Positions 17,651 through 26,589 of a stretch of 64,000 nt of DNA are shown here, in pieces (position 1 is the first letter of the stretch; every line of letters starts with the position of its first letter). The stretch covers positions 1 to 64,000 of the IMG/VR virus record IMGVR_UViG_3300034158_000007; one strand, written 5' to 3'. Under the pieces are notes generated by a model that had not been told where the DNA came from, made no database searches, and was given only the letters and a program-made list of their open reading frames with translations. A program made the position numbers and the translations under genes. Source of the DNA: a virus.

Positions 17651-19749
17651 AACGAGTAGCGCGAGAGATCAAATACCACTATGCCGGTAACGCAATTATC
17701 GATCCATGGTTTGGTGTTACTTCCGCAGCCCGTGGAGCTATGCTCTTGGGTCAGATTACTCAGGCTCCTGTTATTAAAGGCGCTGAACCACGTTGGTTCC
17801 AAACGGGTGCTGAACTTCGGTTCGGTGAACATTCATTCGACATGCGTATCCCAGAAGACGTTCAGATCCTGAGCGTAATGCGTAAGTATCCTACCGGTAT
17901 GGGTGGGGATGCAATCAAACATAACCCGGAGACCACGATCTTCTACGAACACTACTACGACGAGTTCAAAACCGTAGGCGTGTTGCGTGTACCAGAGTAC
18001 ATGAGTTTCCACCAGACGTTCGGCTTCCAACTGGAACGTAATAAGGAGGTATGGGAAAACCTGCATCCAGGTGCAATGATCCCTAAAGACACAATCCTCA
18101 GTAAGTCCAAAGGGCTTTCTAAAGATGGTCACTTCTGTGCAGGCATGAACGTACAAGCTGCGTTCTTTGGTCACCATGCCACCATTGAAGATGGATTCTT
18201 GATCTCCGATGAGATCCTTGAAGAGTTCGCACCACATGCTTACGGTACAGCTATCGGTAGTTGTGGGCGTAAGAGTTTCCTGTTGAATGCGTATGGTAAT
18301 AAACCATTCCCTGATATCGGTGAACGTATCCGTCCTGATGGTGTTGTGTTCGCAACACGAGACCTCGATGATGATCTGTCTCCAGCTGAAATGACTCCAC
18401 GTGCTCTACGTGAGATCGACCGGACATTCGACCGAGTGGTAATCGGTGAACCGGGTGCAATCGTTAAAGATATCAAGATCTATCGTGACGAGCGTCAGAA
18501 CCCAAGCTTTACTCCATCGGGTATGGAAACGCAACTCATGAAGTATTACGATGCCTTGTGCACGTATTATCGTGAGGTCCTCAAGTTCTACAACGGCTTG
18601 AAGCAAAAGCGTAAAGACCGTCTGCGTATTACAGATGAGTTTAACCAGTTGGTGGTTGAGGCTATGATCTATCTGCCACAAGCAGAAGGTCAGCGGAAGT
18701 TGTCGCGTATGTATCGTCTTGACCCGCTGGATGAATGGCGTGTAGAGATCACTTATGAGTCCTTGAAGGTTCCAGGTGGTGCTTACAAGATTACCGACTT
18801 CCACGGTGGTAAAGGTGTTGTCTGTAAGACTCTCCCTCGAAGTCAAATGCCGCGTGACGAATTCGGTAACGTAGCTGACGTAGTGATCTTTGGTGGTTCG
18901 ACCATGCGTCGTTCTAACTATGGTCGCATCTATGAACATGGGTTCGGTGCAGCAGTACGAGACCTCGCTCAGCGAATTCGTATTGAAGCTGATCTTCCAC
19001 GTCACGGTGAGTTGAAGCAAGCTGAGGTTAATGCCAGTCCGAAAGCCAACGATCAGGCATTCATCGAGTATGCATTCAATGAGTTCCAAGAACTCTGGTG
19101 GATCATCGCTCCAACCATGCACGAGTTGATGAAAGAACACCCTAACAAGCGAGAGTACATTCATGAAATAATGCGTCAAGGTTTCGCGTATGTGTTTACA
19201 CCGGTAGACGATACTACTCACTTGCCTACAGCAATGGACACCATCATCAATGGTAAGTTCTGCCCGAACTACACGCCGGTGACTTTCACTGACGTTACGG
19301 GTAAAGTGACTACATCTAAAGATAAGGTGCTGATCGGTCCACTGTACATGATGTTGTTGGAGAAGATTGGTGATGACTGGTCTGCTGTAAGCTCGGTTAA
19401 GGTTCAACAGTTTGGCTTGCCATCCAAGTTGAATAACTCTGACCGTAGTTCTACTCCAGGTCGTGAATCGGCTATTCGTTCTTTCGGTGAGTCTGAGACT
19501 CGTTCGTATAACTGCACCGTAGGTCCTGAGGCGACCATGGAGCTGCTTGATCAGACTAACAACCCACTGGCACACACCAGCGTTGTGAACTCCATCCTGA
19601 CGGCTAAGAAACCAACCAACATTGAACGTGCGGTAGATCGTAAGAAAGTTCCATTCGGTAACAGTCGTCCGGTTAGCTTGCTGAGTCACATGCTTCAGAC
19701 TCGTGGTATTGAGTTCAAGTATGTTCCGACTCCAGAAGCGTTTGTTTAA
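17638..19749 (+). CDS. Non-virion RNA polymerase beta C-terminal subunit (phiKZ gp71-73 homolog, uninterrupted)
   Basis: KITDFHGGKGVV, TIEDGFLIS, IGPLYMMLLEK and RSFGESETR match RNAP beta C-terminal motifs. Confidence 0.93.
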   Translation: MFEMKRVAREIKYHYAGNAIIDPWFGVTSAARGAMLLGQITQAPVIKGAEPRWFQTGAELRFGEHSFDMRIPEDVQILSVMRKYPTGMGGDAIKHNPETTIFYEHYYDEFKTVGVLRVPEYMSFHQTFGFQLERNKEVWENLHPGAMIPKDTILSKSKGLSKDGHFCAGMNVQAAFFGHHATIEDGFLISDEILEEFAPHAYGTAIGSCGRKSFLLNAYGNKPFPDIGERIRPDGVVFATRDLDDDLSPAEMTPRALREIDRTFDRVVIGEPGAIVKDIKIYRDERQNPSFTPSGMETQLMKYYDALCTYYREVLKFYNGLKQKRKDRLRITDEFNQLVVEAMIYLPQAEGQRKLSRMYRLDPLDEWRVEITYESLKVPGGAYKITDFHGGKGVVCKTLPRSQMPRDEFGNVADVVIFGGSTMRRSNYGRIYEHGFGAAVRDLAQRIRIEADLPRHGELKQAEVNASPKANDQAFIEYAFNEFQELWWIIAPTMHELMKEHPNKREYIHEIMRQGFAYVFTPVDDTTHLPTAMDTIINGKFCPNYTPVTFTDVTGKVTTSKDKVLIGPLYMMLLEKIGDDWSAVSSVKVQQFGLPSKLNNSDRSSTPGRESAIRSFGESETRSYNCTVGPEATMELLDQTNNPLAHTSVVNSILTAKKPTNIERAVDRKKVPFGNSRPVSLLSHMLQTRGIEFKYVPTPEAFV

Positions 19750-19759
19750 GAGGTAAGGC

Positions 19760-21739
19760 ATGAGACAACTCAACACGTATAATGCTCGTGACATCGCTAA
19801 CATGTCTTACGATCAGCTGTTCGCTATCCCAAGCGAATGGCACAAGATAGTCTTTGCCGATGGTGAGGTGATCTGTAAGGATCGCATCACTAAGCAATCT
19901 GCCTTGCTGTGGAAACCGTTTCGTGATTTCCCAGATGTCCCTATCCTGAAGGCACACCACCTTCAAGAGCAACGGGTGACAGCTAAGAGTTTGGTGAAGC
20001 TACTGAACGCGATCATCTGGCACATCAAACGAACCAACCCGACCGATGTTGATCCTGAGTATTTGGCTAAGCTTGCGATCGAAGCTAAGAACGACTGCTA
20101 TAACCAAGTAACCATGAAGCTGCCTGCATACCACGCAACGCTCAGTATGTTTGAGATTAACGAGGTCTATCAGCATCCACTGATTCGGGCAGCTAACACC
20201 AACATTGATCCGACTACGCACGGTATCGAAGGGGTAGCCTATAAGCAGTTGAAAGATGCGTTCATGGACCCAGAGAACTTCATTGGTAACTCCATCATTG
20301 AAGGTTTGAAGTCTGGTACCCAGAAGATCGAACAACTGTATCAGGCATTTGGTCCACGGGGTTTCCCTACCGACATCAACTCGGATATCTTTCCTGAGCC
20401 TGTTCTGCAAGGTTACATTGAGGGTATCTGGGGGCTGTATGAGAACATGGTTGAGTCTCGGTCTGGTACTAAGGCTCTGCTGTATAACAAAGAACTCCTT
20501 CGGGTTACCGAATACTTCAACCGTAAGTCTCAGCTGATCGCTCAGTATGTACGGAACTTGCACCGTGGTGACTGTGGTGCGGATTACGTTACCTTTCCAA
20601 TCATGAAAGGTTACCTCAAGTCCATGAACGGTAAGTTCTATCTGAACGAAGAGACCGGACAGATGGATGTGATGACGGGGAATGAAACCCATCTGATCGG
20701 TAAGCGTGTGAAGATCCGTTCTGTGATCGGCTGTATGCATAAAGATCCACAGGGTGTTTGCTCGACGTGTTATGGACTGCTGGCGGATAACATCCCTCAT
20801 GGTACTAACATCGGTCAAGTGGCTGCGGTATCGATGGGTGACAAAATCACTTCGTCGGTATTGTCGACTAAACATACTGACGCTACTTCTGCTGTAGAAC
20901 AATACAAGCTAGGGGGAATCGAGGCACAGTACTTGAGGGACGGTTCTCAATCCGAAACGCTGTATCTTCGGAAAGAGCTTGCGGGTAAAGGCTTCAAGTT
21001 GGTGATCTCTCGGAACGAAGCAGCTAACCTGGCTGACGTGTTGATGATTGATAACCTGCACGCCTATCCACCGACATCTGCTTCTGAGATGACTCGCTGT
21101 GGTTTGATCCGTGATGTAGCCGGTACTGATGTTGGCGATGTACTAACGGTCTCGTTGTATAACCGTAAAGCATCGTTGTCGCTAGATATGCTCAAGCACA
21201 TCAAGCAAGTACGTTGGACTCCTGACCATCGTGACAACATCGTGATCGATCTGGAGGGCTTTGACTTTAGCCTGCCATTCCTGACGCTGCCTTATAAGCA
21301 CGTTAACATGTACGAAGTAATGAAGCGGATTCAAAGCTTCTTGCATTCTGGTTCGGACACCGAGGGTTCGAAACTGAGTTCCGACAAGGTAGGTTTTACT
21401 AGCAAGACTTATCTTAAGAACTACTCTTCCGTAATCGAAGGTGTTGTTGCTACTGCATCTCTGGTGAATGAAAAGATTAACTTGCCGTTTACACACTGTG
21501 AAGTGCTGGCATATGCTATGACAGTTAAATCCATTCAGCAGAAGGACTTCAACCTACCTAAGCCGGGTGTCAATGGTCAGTTTGAGAAGTATAACAAACT
21601 GATGCAATCCCGTGACTTGGCTGGGACGATGGCCTTTGAGAAGCAACACGAACCATTTGCCAACCCTGCTAGCTTCCTTTATACACAACGCAATGATCAC
21701 CCATATTGCCTGTCCGTGATGGGAGGGAAGCTGTACTAA
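19760..21739 (+). CDS. Non-virion RNA polymerase beta-prime C-terminal subunit (phiKZ gp74 homolog)
   Basis: Bridge-helix-like RSGTKAL...EYFNRK, Zn site RSVIGC...CSTCYG, trigger-loop-like GQVAAVSMGDKITSSVLSTKH. Confidence 0.93.
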   Translation: MRQLNTYNARDIANMSYDQLFAIPSEWHKIVFADGEVICKDRITKQSALLWKPFRDFPDVPILKAHHLQEQRVTAKSLVKLLNAIIWHIKRTNPTDVDPEYLAKLAIEAKNDCYNQVTMKLPAYHATLSMFEINEVYQHPLIRAANTNIDPTTHGIEGVAYKQLKDAFMDPENFIGNSIIEGLKSGTQKIEQLYQAFGPRGFPTDINSDIFPEPVLQGYIEGIWGLYENMVESRSGTKALLYNKELLRVTEYFNRKSQLIAQYVRNLHRGDCGADYVTFPIMKGYLKSMNGKFYLNEETGQMDVMTGNETHLIGKRVKIRSVIGCMHKDPQGVCSTCYGLLADNIPHGTNIGQVAAVSMGDKITSSVLSTKHTDATSAVEQYKLGGIEAQYLRDGSQSETLYLRKELAGKGFKLVISRNEAANLADVLMIDNLHAYPPTSASEMTRCGLIRDVAGTDVGDVLTVSLYNRKASLSLDMLKHIKQVRWTPDHRDNIVIDLEGFDFSLPFLTLPYKHVNMYEVMKRIQSFLHSGSDTEGSKLSSDKVGFTSKTYLKNYSSVIEGVVATASLVNEKINLPFTHCEVLAYAMTVKSIQQKDFNLPKPGVNGQFEKYNKLMQSRDLAGTMAFEKQHEPFANPASFLYTQRNDHPYCLSVMGGKLY

Positions 21740-21752
21740 ACGGAGGTCGAGG

Positions 21753-21792
21753 TCTGGGGAGCTTCGGCTTCCCGGATACTCTTTACTTTTTT
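21753..21792 (+). terminator. Intrinsic terminator
   Basis: TCTGGGGAGC-TTCG-GCTTCCCGGA followed by a T-rich tract. Confidence 0.7.
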
Positions 21793-23334
21793 ATGATCCC
21801 CTTAATAAAAGTTGATCGCTACACTCATGGTTGTCGATTATCTGAATTCACGCGTGAAACGTTTGATAAGATGACCGGCTTCCTCGAGGGGTTAGCGCTG
21901 AAAGAACCCAGGAAGCTTCCAGGTAACCGGGTAATCATGGAGTTGAAAAAGAAATACTACGGTGTGTTTGAAAACAGTAAAGAAGTTTACATCCACCGGA
22001 ACTCCCTTGAAGACCTATTGAACTTCCTTGAGAACAGAGGGGTACCACGGTCACACGTTCAGATCAACGATGTTCCATTGCCTAAAGCGGTGGAGGCTAT
22101 CTATGAGATGCACGAGAAATACGTTCTACGGGATTATCAGGTTCTGATTAAAGCAGATATCCTTCGACCTGGCTGCCCCTCAGCACGAGTGGATCTACAG
22201 ACAGGTAAAGGTAAAACCCTGACGTCCCTTGCAGCGCTCTGTGATCGCGGTGTGCGTGCGATTGTAATGGTTCCACCCAAGTACTTCGGTATCTGGATTG
22301 AAGCCCTACAGAACACGTATAAGGGTTATGCAGAGAACCCTTTAAAGTTCATGACCGTCTCAGGTTCAGCGGAACTCCAAAAACTAATTGACAGAGGTAT
22401 TGATAATGACCTGGAAGGCGTTGACGTCATCGTTATTTCGAACGTCACGTATCGATCGTACATCGACAACTTTGAGAAGTATGGGCATGACATTGTTAAT
22501 CTTGGCTATAACGCTCCGCCTCCGCGATTCCATGAAGCTGTGGGTGCTGGAATGCAGATCAACGACGAAATCCAAGAAGATCCCGGTCTGGTGTTTCGTA
22601 TTGATATGTATAGCAACATTGAGCTTCAAGTTTATCTGTCTGCTACTCCTTTTACAGGTAATGCCTTTGTAACGAAAATGATTGATAAGATGCTCCCGCC
22701 GGAAACCATGGTACGGTTACCGAATCTGGACGTCTACATCAATTGCATGTGTCTACGCTACTGTGAGCCTAAGGTTCGTCCACAAGACTACCTGACCCCT
22801 TACAAGAACACCTACAACCATGCACGTTATGAAACACAGATGATGAAAGACCCTAAACGGATGCGAGCGTATCTGAAGATGGTCGGTAACATTGCACAAG
22901 GTACTTTCATTAATGATCGGTTACCCGGTCAGAAACAATTGTTACTGTGTGCGACGGTTGCTTTCATCGATGACGTGGTTACATACCTGCAAGAGCGGTT
23001 CCCAGATCTGGCTATTAATGGTCACTACTCGGGTTCTCCTTACGCAAGGTTGCTAGCTAACGACATCACCGTGTCTACGATCAAATCGTCTGGTACGGGT
23101 GTGGACATTCCTAACCTGCGGGAAGTAGGTCTGCTACAAGCTACAGACTCTAAGAAGGATAACATCCAGATCTTAGGGCGGTTGCGTAAACTGCGTGACT
23201 TCGTTGATGTGGTACCTCGCCTGACCTTCTTGGCCTGTGAGTCAATCCCTCAACACATGAAGTATGCACGCTCAAAGCAAGAACACTTTGAAGGACGCGT
23301 ACTGGTCTTCAAGACAATGCGTATCGCCATGTGA
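21793..23334 (+). CDS. SF2 (UvsW-like) helicase (phiKZ gp75 homolog)
   Basis: LRDYQ, QTGKGKT (Walker A), INDEIQ (DExx), LSATP, SGTGVDIP and QILGRLRK motifs. Confidence 0.92.
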   Translation: MIPLIKVDRYTHGCRLSEFTRETFDKMTGFLEGLALKEPRKLPGNRVIMELKKKYYGVFENSKEVYIHRNSLEDLLNFLENRGVPRSHVQINDVPLPKAVEAIYEMHEKYVLRDYQVLIKADILRPGCPSARVDLQTGKGKTLTSLAALCDRGVRAIVMVPPKYFGIWIEALQNTYKGYAENPLKFMTVSGSAELQKLIDRGIDNDLEGVDVIVISNVTYRSYIDNFEKYGHDIVNLGYNAPPPRFHEAVGAGMQINDEIQEDPGLVFRIDMYSNIELQVYLSATPFTGNAFVTKMIDKMLPPETMVRLPNLDVYINCMCLRYCEPKVRPQDYLTPYKNTYNHARYETQMMKDPKRMRAYLKMVGNIAQGTFINDRLPGQKQLLLCATVAFIDDVVTYLQERFPDLAINGHYSGSPYARLLANDITVSTIKSSGTGVDIPNLREVGLLQATDSKKDNIQILGRLRKLRDFVDVVPRLTFLACESIPQHMKYARSKQEHFEGRVLVFKTMRIAM

Positions 23335-23363
23335 ATAGTCCTCCCACACGGGAGGGCTTTATG
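23335..23363 (+). repeat. Hairpin-TTTATG repeat element
   Basis: GTCCTCCC-ACAC-GGGAGGGC-TTTATG directly after the helicase stop. Confidence 0.75.
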
Positions 23364-23378
23364 ACGTTAGAGGTTTAA

Positions 23379-23606
23379 ATGGATTACGAAGCACTGTATC
23401 GACTCATTTGTTTGGCGGGTGGCATCTATGCCTTGTTCAGAATCATTCAGACTATGATCATTAAGTTCAATGCACCTGACCCCGTAACCAACGAGTACCA
23501 TGAATCGTTAGGTTACACGTTCGTTCACTTCTTGATTGGGGTAGGGATTATGCTACTCGGTCTGTTGGTTCAATCGATCCACATGAGGTTCTGGCCATGG
23601 ATGTAA
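23379..23606 (+). CDS. Small 2-TM membrane protein
   Basis: 75 aa, two hydrophobic stretches, GAGG SD. Confidence 0.7.
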   Translation: MDYEALYRLICLAGGIYALFRIIQTMIIKFNAPDPVTNEYHESLGYTFVHFLIGVGIMLLGLLVQSIHMRFWPWM

Positions 23607-23839
23607 GTCAACTGTGGATTCCGATGGTGTACTTCCTTTCACTAGCTGAGTTGGTAATCCTGATTATGATTGGGATGCTCTACGCTACACGGCCATATGC
23701 TGAAGGGATAGAAGCTGACTTCCGCTACCGGAGTCGTATGGGTGGTGCTATCATCACGTTCGTAGCGTTTGGGTTGATACTCTTCTTACTGCTCGCTATC
23801 AATAAAGTTAACTTGGAGGTGATGAATGGACTTTACTGA
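23597..23839 (+). CDS. Small 2-TM membrane protein
   Basis: 80 aa, two hydrophobic stretches, overlaps the previous gene. Confidence 0.7.
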   Translation: MDVSQLWIPMVYFLSLAELVILIMIGMLYATRPYAEGIEADFRYRSRMGGAIITFVAFGLILFLLLAINKVNLEVMNGLY

Positions 23840-24044
23840 TTTGGAAGGTTGGGTTTTCTCGTTCATTGTGACCACACTGTTTGCAATCCTCGTTAACACC
23901 GGGATGTTCGTCTGGTCTAAGTTTAAACCAGTTAGTAAGGTGTGGAAAGAATGGCAGTTTTCGTTCTTGATCTGCCAAGGGGTAGTGAGTGTCATCCTTG
24001 TGGTGCTTGCGGGTTTGTTGCTATACACCGACCACGCTATTTAA
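23826..24044 (+). CDS. Small 2-TM membrane protein
   Basis: 72 aa, GGAGGTG SD. Confidence 0.7.
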   Translation: MDFTDLEGWVFSFIVTTLFAILVNTGMFVWSKFKPVSKVWKEWQFSFLICQGVVSVILVVLAGLLLYTDHAI

Positions 24045-24058
24045 ACCATCTATAAGCC

Positions 24059-24076
24059 TATATTACGTTCTTGATC
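24059..24076 (+). promoter_or_regulatory. phiKZ-type early promoter
   Basis: TATATTAC at 24059-24066 with TTTAAA upstream. Confidence 0.7.
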
Positions 24077-24089
24077 TAAAGGAGGTTCT

Positions 24090-24266
24090 ATGGGTCTAAT
24101 AGTGCTGGTGTTTGTCCTGTTCGAGCTTATAGGGTGCTTCATGGTTATAGGTGGGTTAGTAAGTCAAGATTGGATTCGACGGATAACTTACGTAATAGCC
24201 GGGTTACTACTAATAGGTCTCGATAGTTGGTGGTTCTACCTAACCATCACCATGCTTAAGAGGTGA
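24090..24266 (+). CDS. Small 2-TM membrane protein, 58 aa (absent from the ORF track)
   Basis: AAGGAGG SD; MGLIVLVFVLFELIGCFMVIGGLVSQDWIRRITYVIAGLLLIGLDSWWFYLTITMLKR. Confidence 0.75.
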   Translation: MGLIVLVFVLFELIGCFMVIGGLVSQDWIRRITYVIAGLLLIGLDSWWFYLTITMLKR

Positions 24267-24269
24267 CGT

Positions 24270-24482
24270 ATGGAGTATCTAGTCTATATCGCTCTTGCAT
24301 ACTACGCTTTGCTGGTGTTTAAAATTATAGGACAGCTGGTACGGGTTAAGTTCCGTATCAGTAAGTTCTATGATGAGCGGATGAGTCTGCTGTGGGGTTT
24401 GTTTGTCGGTATCCACATTGTGGCGCTGATACTCTATGCCCTATGGTTGATTATCTCTCGACTGGTGAGCGTAGCTCTATAA
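24270..24482 (+). CDS. Small 2-TM membrane protein
   Basis: 70 aa, GAGGTG SD, two hydrophobic stretches. Confidence 0.7.
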   Translation: MEYLVYIALAYYALLVFKIIGQLVRVKFRISKFYDERMSLLWGLFVGIHIVALILYALWLIISRLVSVAL

Positions 24483-24484
24483 CA

Positions 24485-24530
24485 GCATAAAGCCCCTCCT
24501 TGCGGAGGGGCGATATGTTATTTTTTTTTT
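24485..24530. terminator. Bidirectional hairpin (repeat family member) between convergent genes
   Basis: GCATAAA-GCCCCTCC-TTGC-GGAGGGGC-GATATGT, then T10 on the plus strand. Confidence 0.85.
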
Positions 24531-24954
24531 ATGTCGGTTTAAGGCCGCGCATAAGTTGAGTAGCTTGAATGCCTTCCTGAATACTACTGGACTCTGACAG
24601 CTCCACAATGAAGACTGCATCGTCGTAAGGTAGTTCAAAGAATTCATTCAGACTCATCCCAGTGAACTGTGCAATACGGTAATTGATAAACTTACGTATC
24701 CAAGTACGTCTTGGTCCACCCTCAATGATATTCTCTTTGGGGTGCATGCGAACGAGATCTAATGGGTCATTGGTTTGGTGGGTACAGATCCCACGGTCTT
24801 GGTGATAAGCCTTGCGGGTAACCATCTGTGTGACGACTGGTCGCATTGCCCCCGTGGATAGGTACAGTTCTTCAAGAGCTGAATTCTCAATCTCTTGAAG
24901 ACCGAACGAGAGCATCGTTACGTGACCGTCGTTGTCGTTCAAGTCAATACTCAA
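24529..24954 (-). CDS. Conserved phiKZ-like protein (gp76-like), possible tail assembly chaperone C-terminal module
   Basis: 141 aa from TTG with a weak SD; GMSLNEFFELP segment; start uncertain. Confidence 0.65.
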   Translation of the reverse strand: MSIDLNDNDGHVTMLSFGLQEIENSALEELYLSTGAMRPVVTQMVTRKAYHQDRGICTHQTNDPLDLVRMHPKENIIEGGPRRTWIRKFINYRIAQFTGMSLNEFFELPYDDAVFIVELSESSSIQEGIQATQLMRGLKPT

Positions 24955-24980
24955 ACGACTCGCTTTAGGATCGACTGACT

Positions 24981-26588
24981 CTACCCCTGTTGCAACACTT
25001 TCCGGGCCGCTAACGTAAAAAACGTTGCAAGCATGTCCATTGGGACCAAGTGTGGAAGACGCTCGTTAAAGGTCAACCCTTGTGGAGTGTTACATACCTC
25101 ACAGTTATGCGATGGCAAGGCGACTACACCAATGATCGATTCATTAGAGTACGAGTTAACCTTCTCAACAAACGTATCGAAGTACTCGTGCTCAGAAACC
25201 GTCGAGGAGATGAACTCCATGATGATCTCATGATCTTCGGTGAACAACTGATCTTCGAAATCAGTAGCATCATCGTCTTTGATGTAGATAGCCGATACCC
25301 AGTGGGAATACTGCGTAGCTTTAGTAGCCTGTTGCAGACGACGGATGTAGTCGAAGCGTTGGTTACCGTCTGGGGACTCGTTAAACGCGCCCTGAGACAT
25401 TTCGATCAACGTTTCGTACCAAAGCTTAGCCGCTACACGGCGTTCAGCTACCGAAGGCGGAGCCAGCTTAATACCGATCTCGCCCATCCAGAATACTTTC
25501 GGGGCACCGATGCTAAACGACTTGCGATAAGCTTCAAACTCTTCCAGTGGAATAGCTTGGAACTTCTTGGCGATGTGCTTACGCTGATCAGTGGTGAACA
25601 CCGCATCATCATACCAAACCACGTTCGACATGTTCATCTTGAACTTTGTTACACCAGAGCAGTTCTTAGGATCTGCAATACATGGAACAGAGTAATTGAA
25701 GCCGTCGGGGAACATGACTGCTGCAAGAGCGTGATGGAGGATGGATTCATCAAAAATACTGATCTCATCTTCAAGGTCCGTTGGAGTTTTGTACTGACGG
25801 TTAGAGGCAGTGATGCAACTAACAGCGAGGTCTGTGATAGCGTCCAGCATGCGGAAGCTTGCGTGGGAGAAAGCCAGACCTTTGGTATCGTTACCCAGTT
25901 TAACGCGGATAGCTTGAAGCTCTGTTTGCATCGCAACGATCTCACCCAAGGATGGACGGCGCAGACGAACCCAAATACCGGAGTGCGGTAGGAAGGTTTC
26001 ATATGTACCGCCCATACCCGAACGATAACTCAGGTAGGCCAGAGCATCTTCTTTCGAGTGTCGTTTGTTACGATCGTACTTCTGTGCTGGGCGACCAGGA
26101 CGAAGCAGCTTATCAGAACTAGGTGTACTGATACCATCACGCCAGTGAGACTCACCACGGGACAGCGCGCCTGTAGGGGCAGCATCCAGAGAGATGTTGT
26201 TCAAACCGGTGATCAATGTAGCTAGCCACTCAATATCGATATCGGTATTGGTCAGTTGACCTTTACGCATCGCGGTGAGTAGTTCGTTGTTACGTTCCAG
26301 TACCTTGTTCAACGTAGCGAAGTTTTCACACACGTAGCTAAGGATTGGGTCTTCGCCTTCACGTGGTGTACCGTTAGCTTTACGCTCAGCGGTGAAGTTC
26401 ACATGGGGTTGTTCAGGGCGGAACAGTGGTTCTTCAACTGGACTGGTCTCATGTACCAGTTCAGGGATATCGATGGCAGGTGGCATACCCTGACTTTCAG
26501 GAGACGGAACTTGCTCACTGGCAGCTGGTGCAGTGAACTCATTAGCGTAGCCGTCTTCTTCTTCAAAACGATCGGGAATATCGGTCAT
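24981..26588 (-). CDS. Conserved Chimalliviridae protein (gp77-like), possible T4 gp26/gp51-type assembly chaperone
   Basis: 535 aa; acidic N-terminus, VPC-x6-C and CEVC Cys motifs, LPHSGIWVRLRRPS. Confidence 0.7.
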   Translation of the reverse strand: MTDIPDRFEEEDGYANEFTAPAASEQVPSPESQGMPPAIDIPELVHETSPVEEPLFRPEQPHVNFTAERKANGTPREGEDPILSYVCENFATLNKVLERNNELLTAMRKGQLTNTDIDIEWLATLITGLNNISLDAAPTGALSRGESHWRDGISTPSSDKLLRPGRPAQKYDRNKRHSKEDALAYLSYRSGMGGTYETFLPHSGIWVRLRRPSLGEIVAMQTELQAIRVKLGNDTKGLAFSHASFRMLDAITDLAVSCITASNRQYKTPTDLEDEISIFDESILHHALAAVMFPDGFNYSVPCIADPKNCSGVTKFKMNMSNVVWYDDAVFTTDQRKHIAKKFQAIPLEEFEAYRKSFSIGAPKVFWMGEIGIKLAPPSVAERRVAAKLWYETLIEMSQGAFNESPDGNQRFDYIRRLQQATKATQYSHWVSAIYIKDDDATDFEDQLFTEDHEIIMEFISSTVSEHEYFDTFVEKVNSYSNESIIGVVALPSHNCEVCNTPQGLTFNERLPHLVPMDMLATFFTLAARKVLQQG

Positions 26589-26589
26589 T

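Noticed and set aside
13631-20902. Long antisense ORFs (13631-15292, 18406-19803, 20000-20902) opposite PicA and the RNAP genes
   Set aside because: Same codon-bias mirror effect; fully nested against well-supported genes
7053-24530. T10 homopolymers at 7053-7062 and 24521-24530 as phase-variation tracts
   Set aside because: Both are U-tracts following hairpins, essentially outside coding sequence
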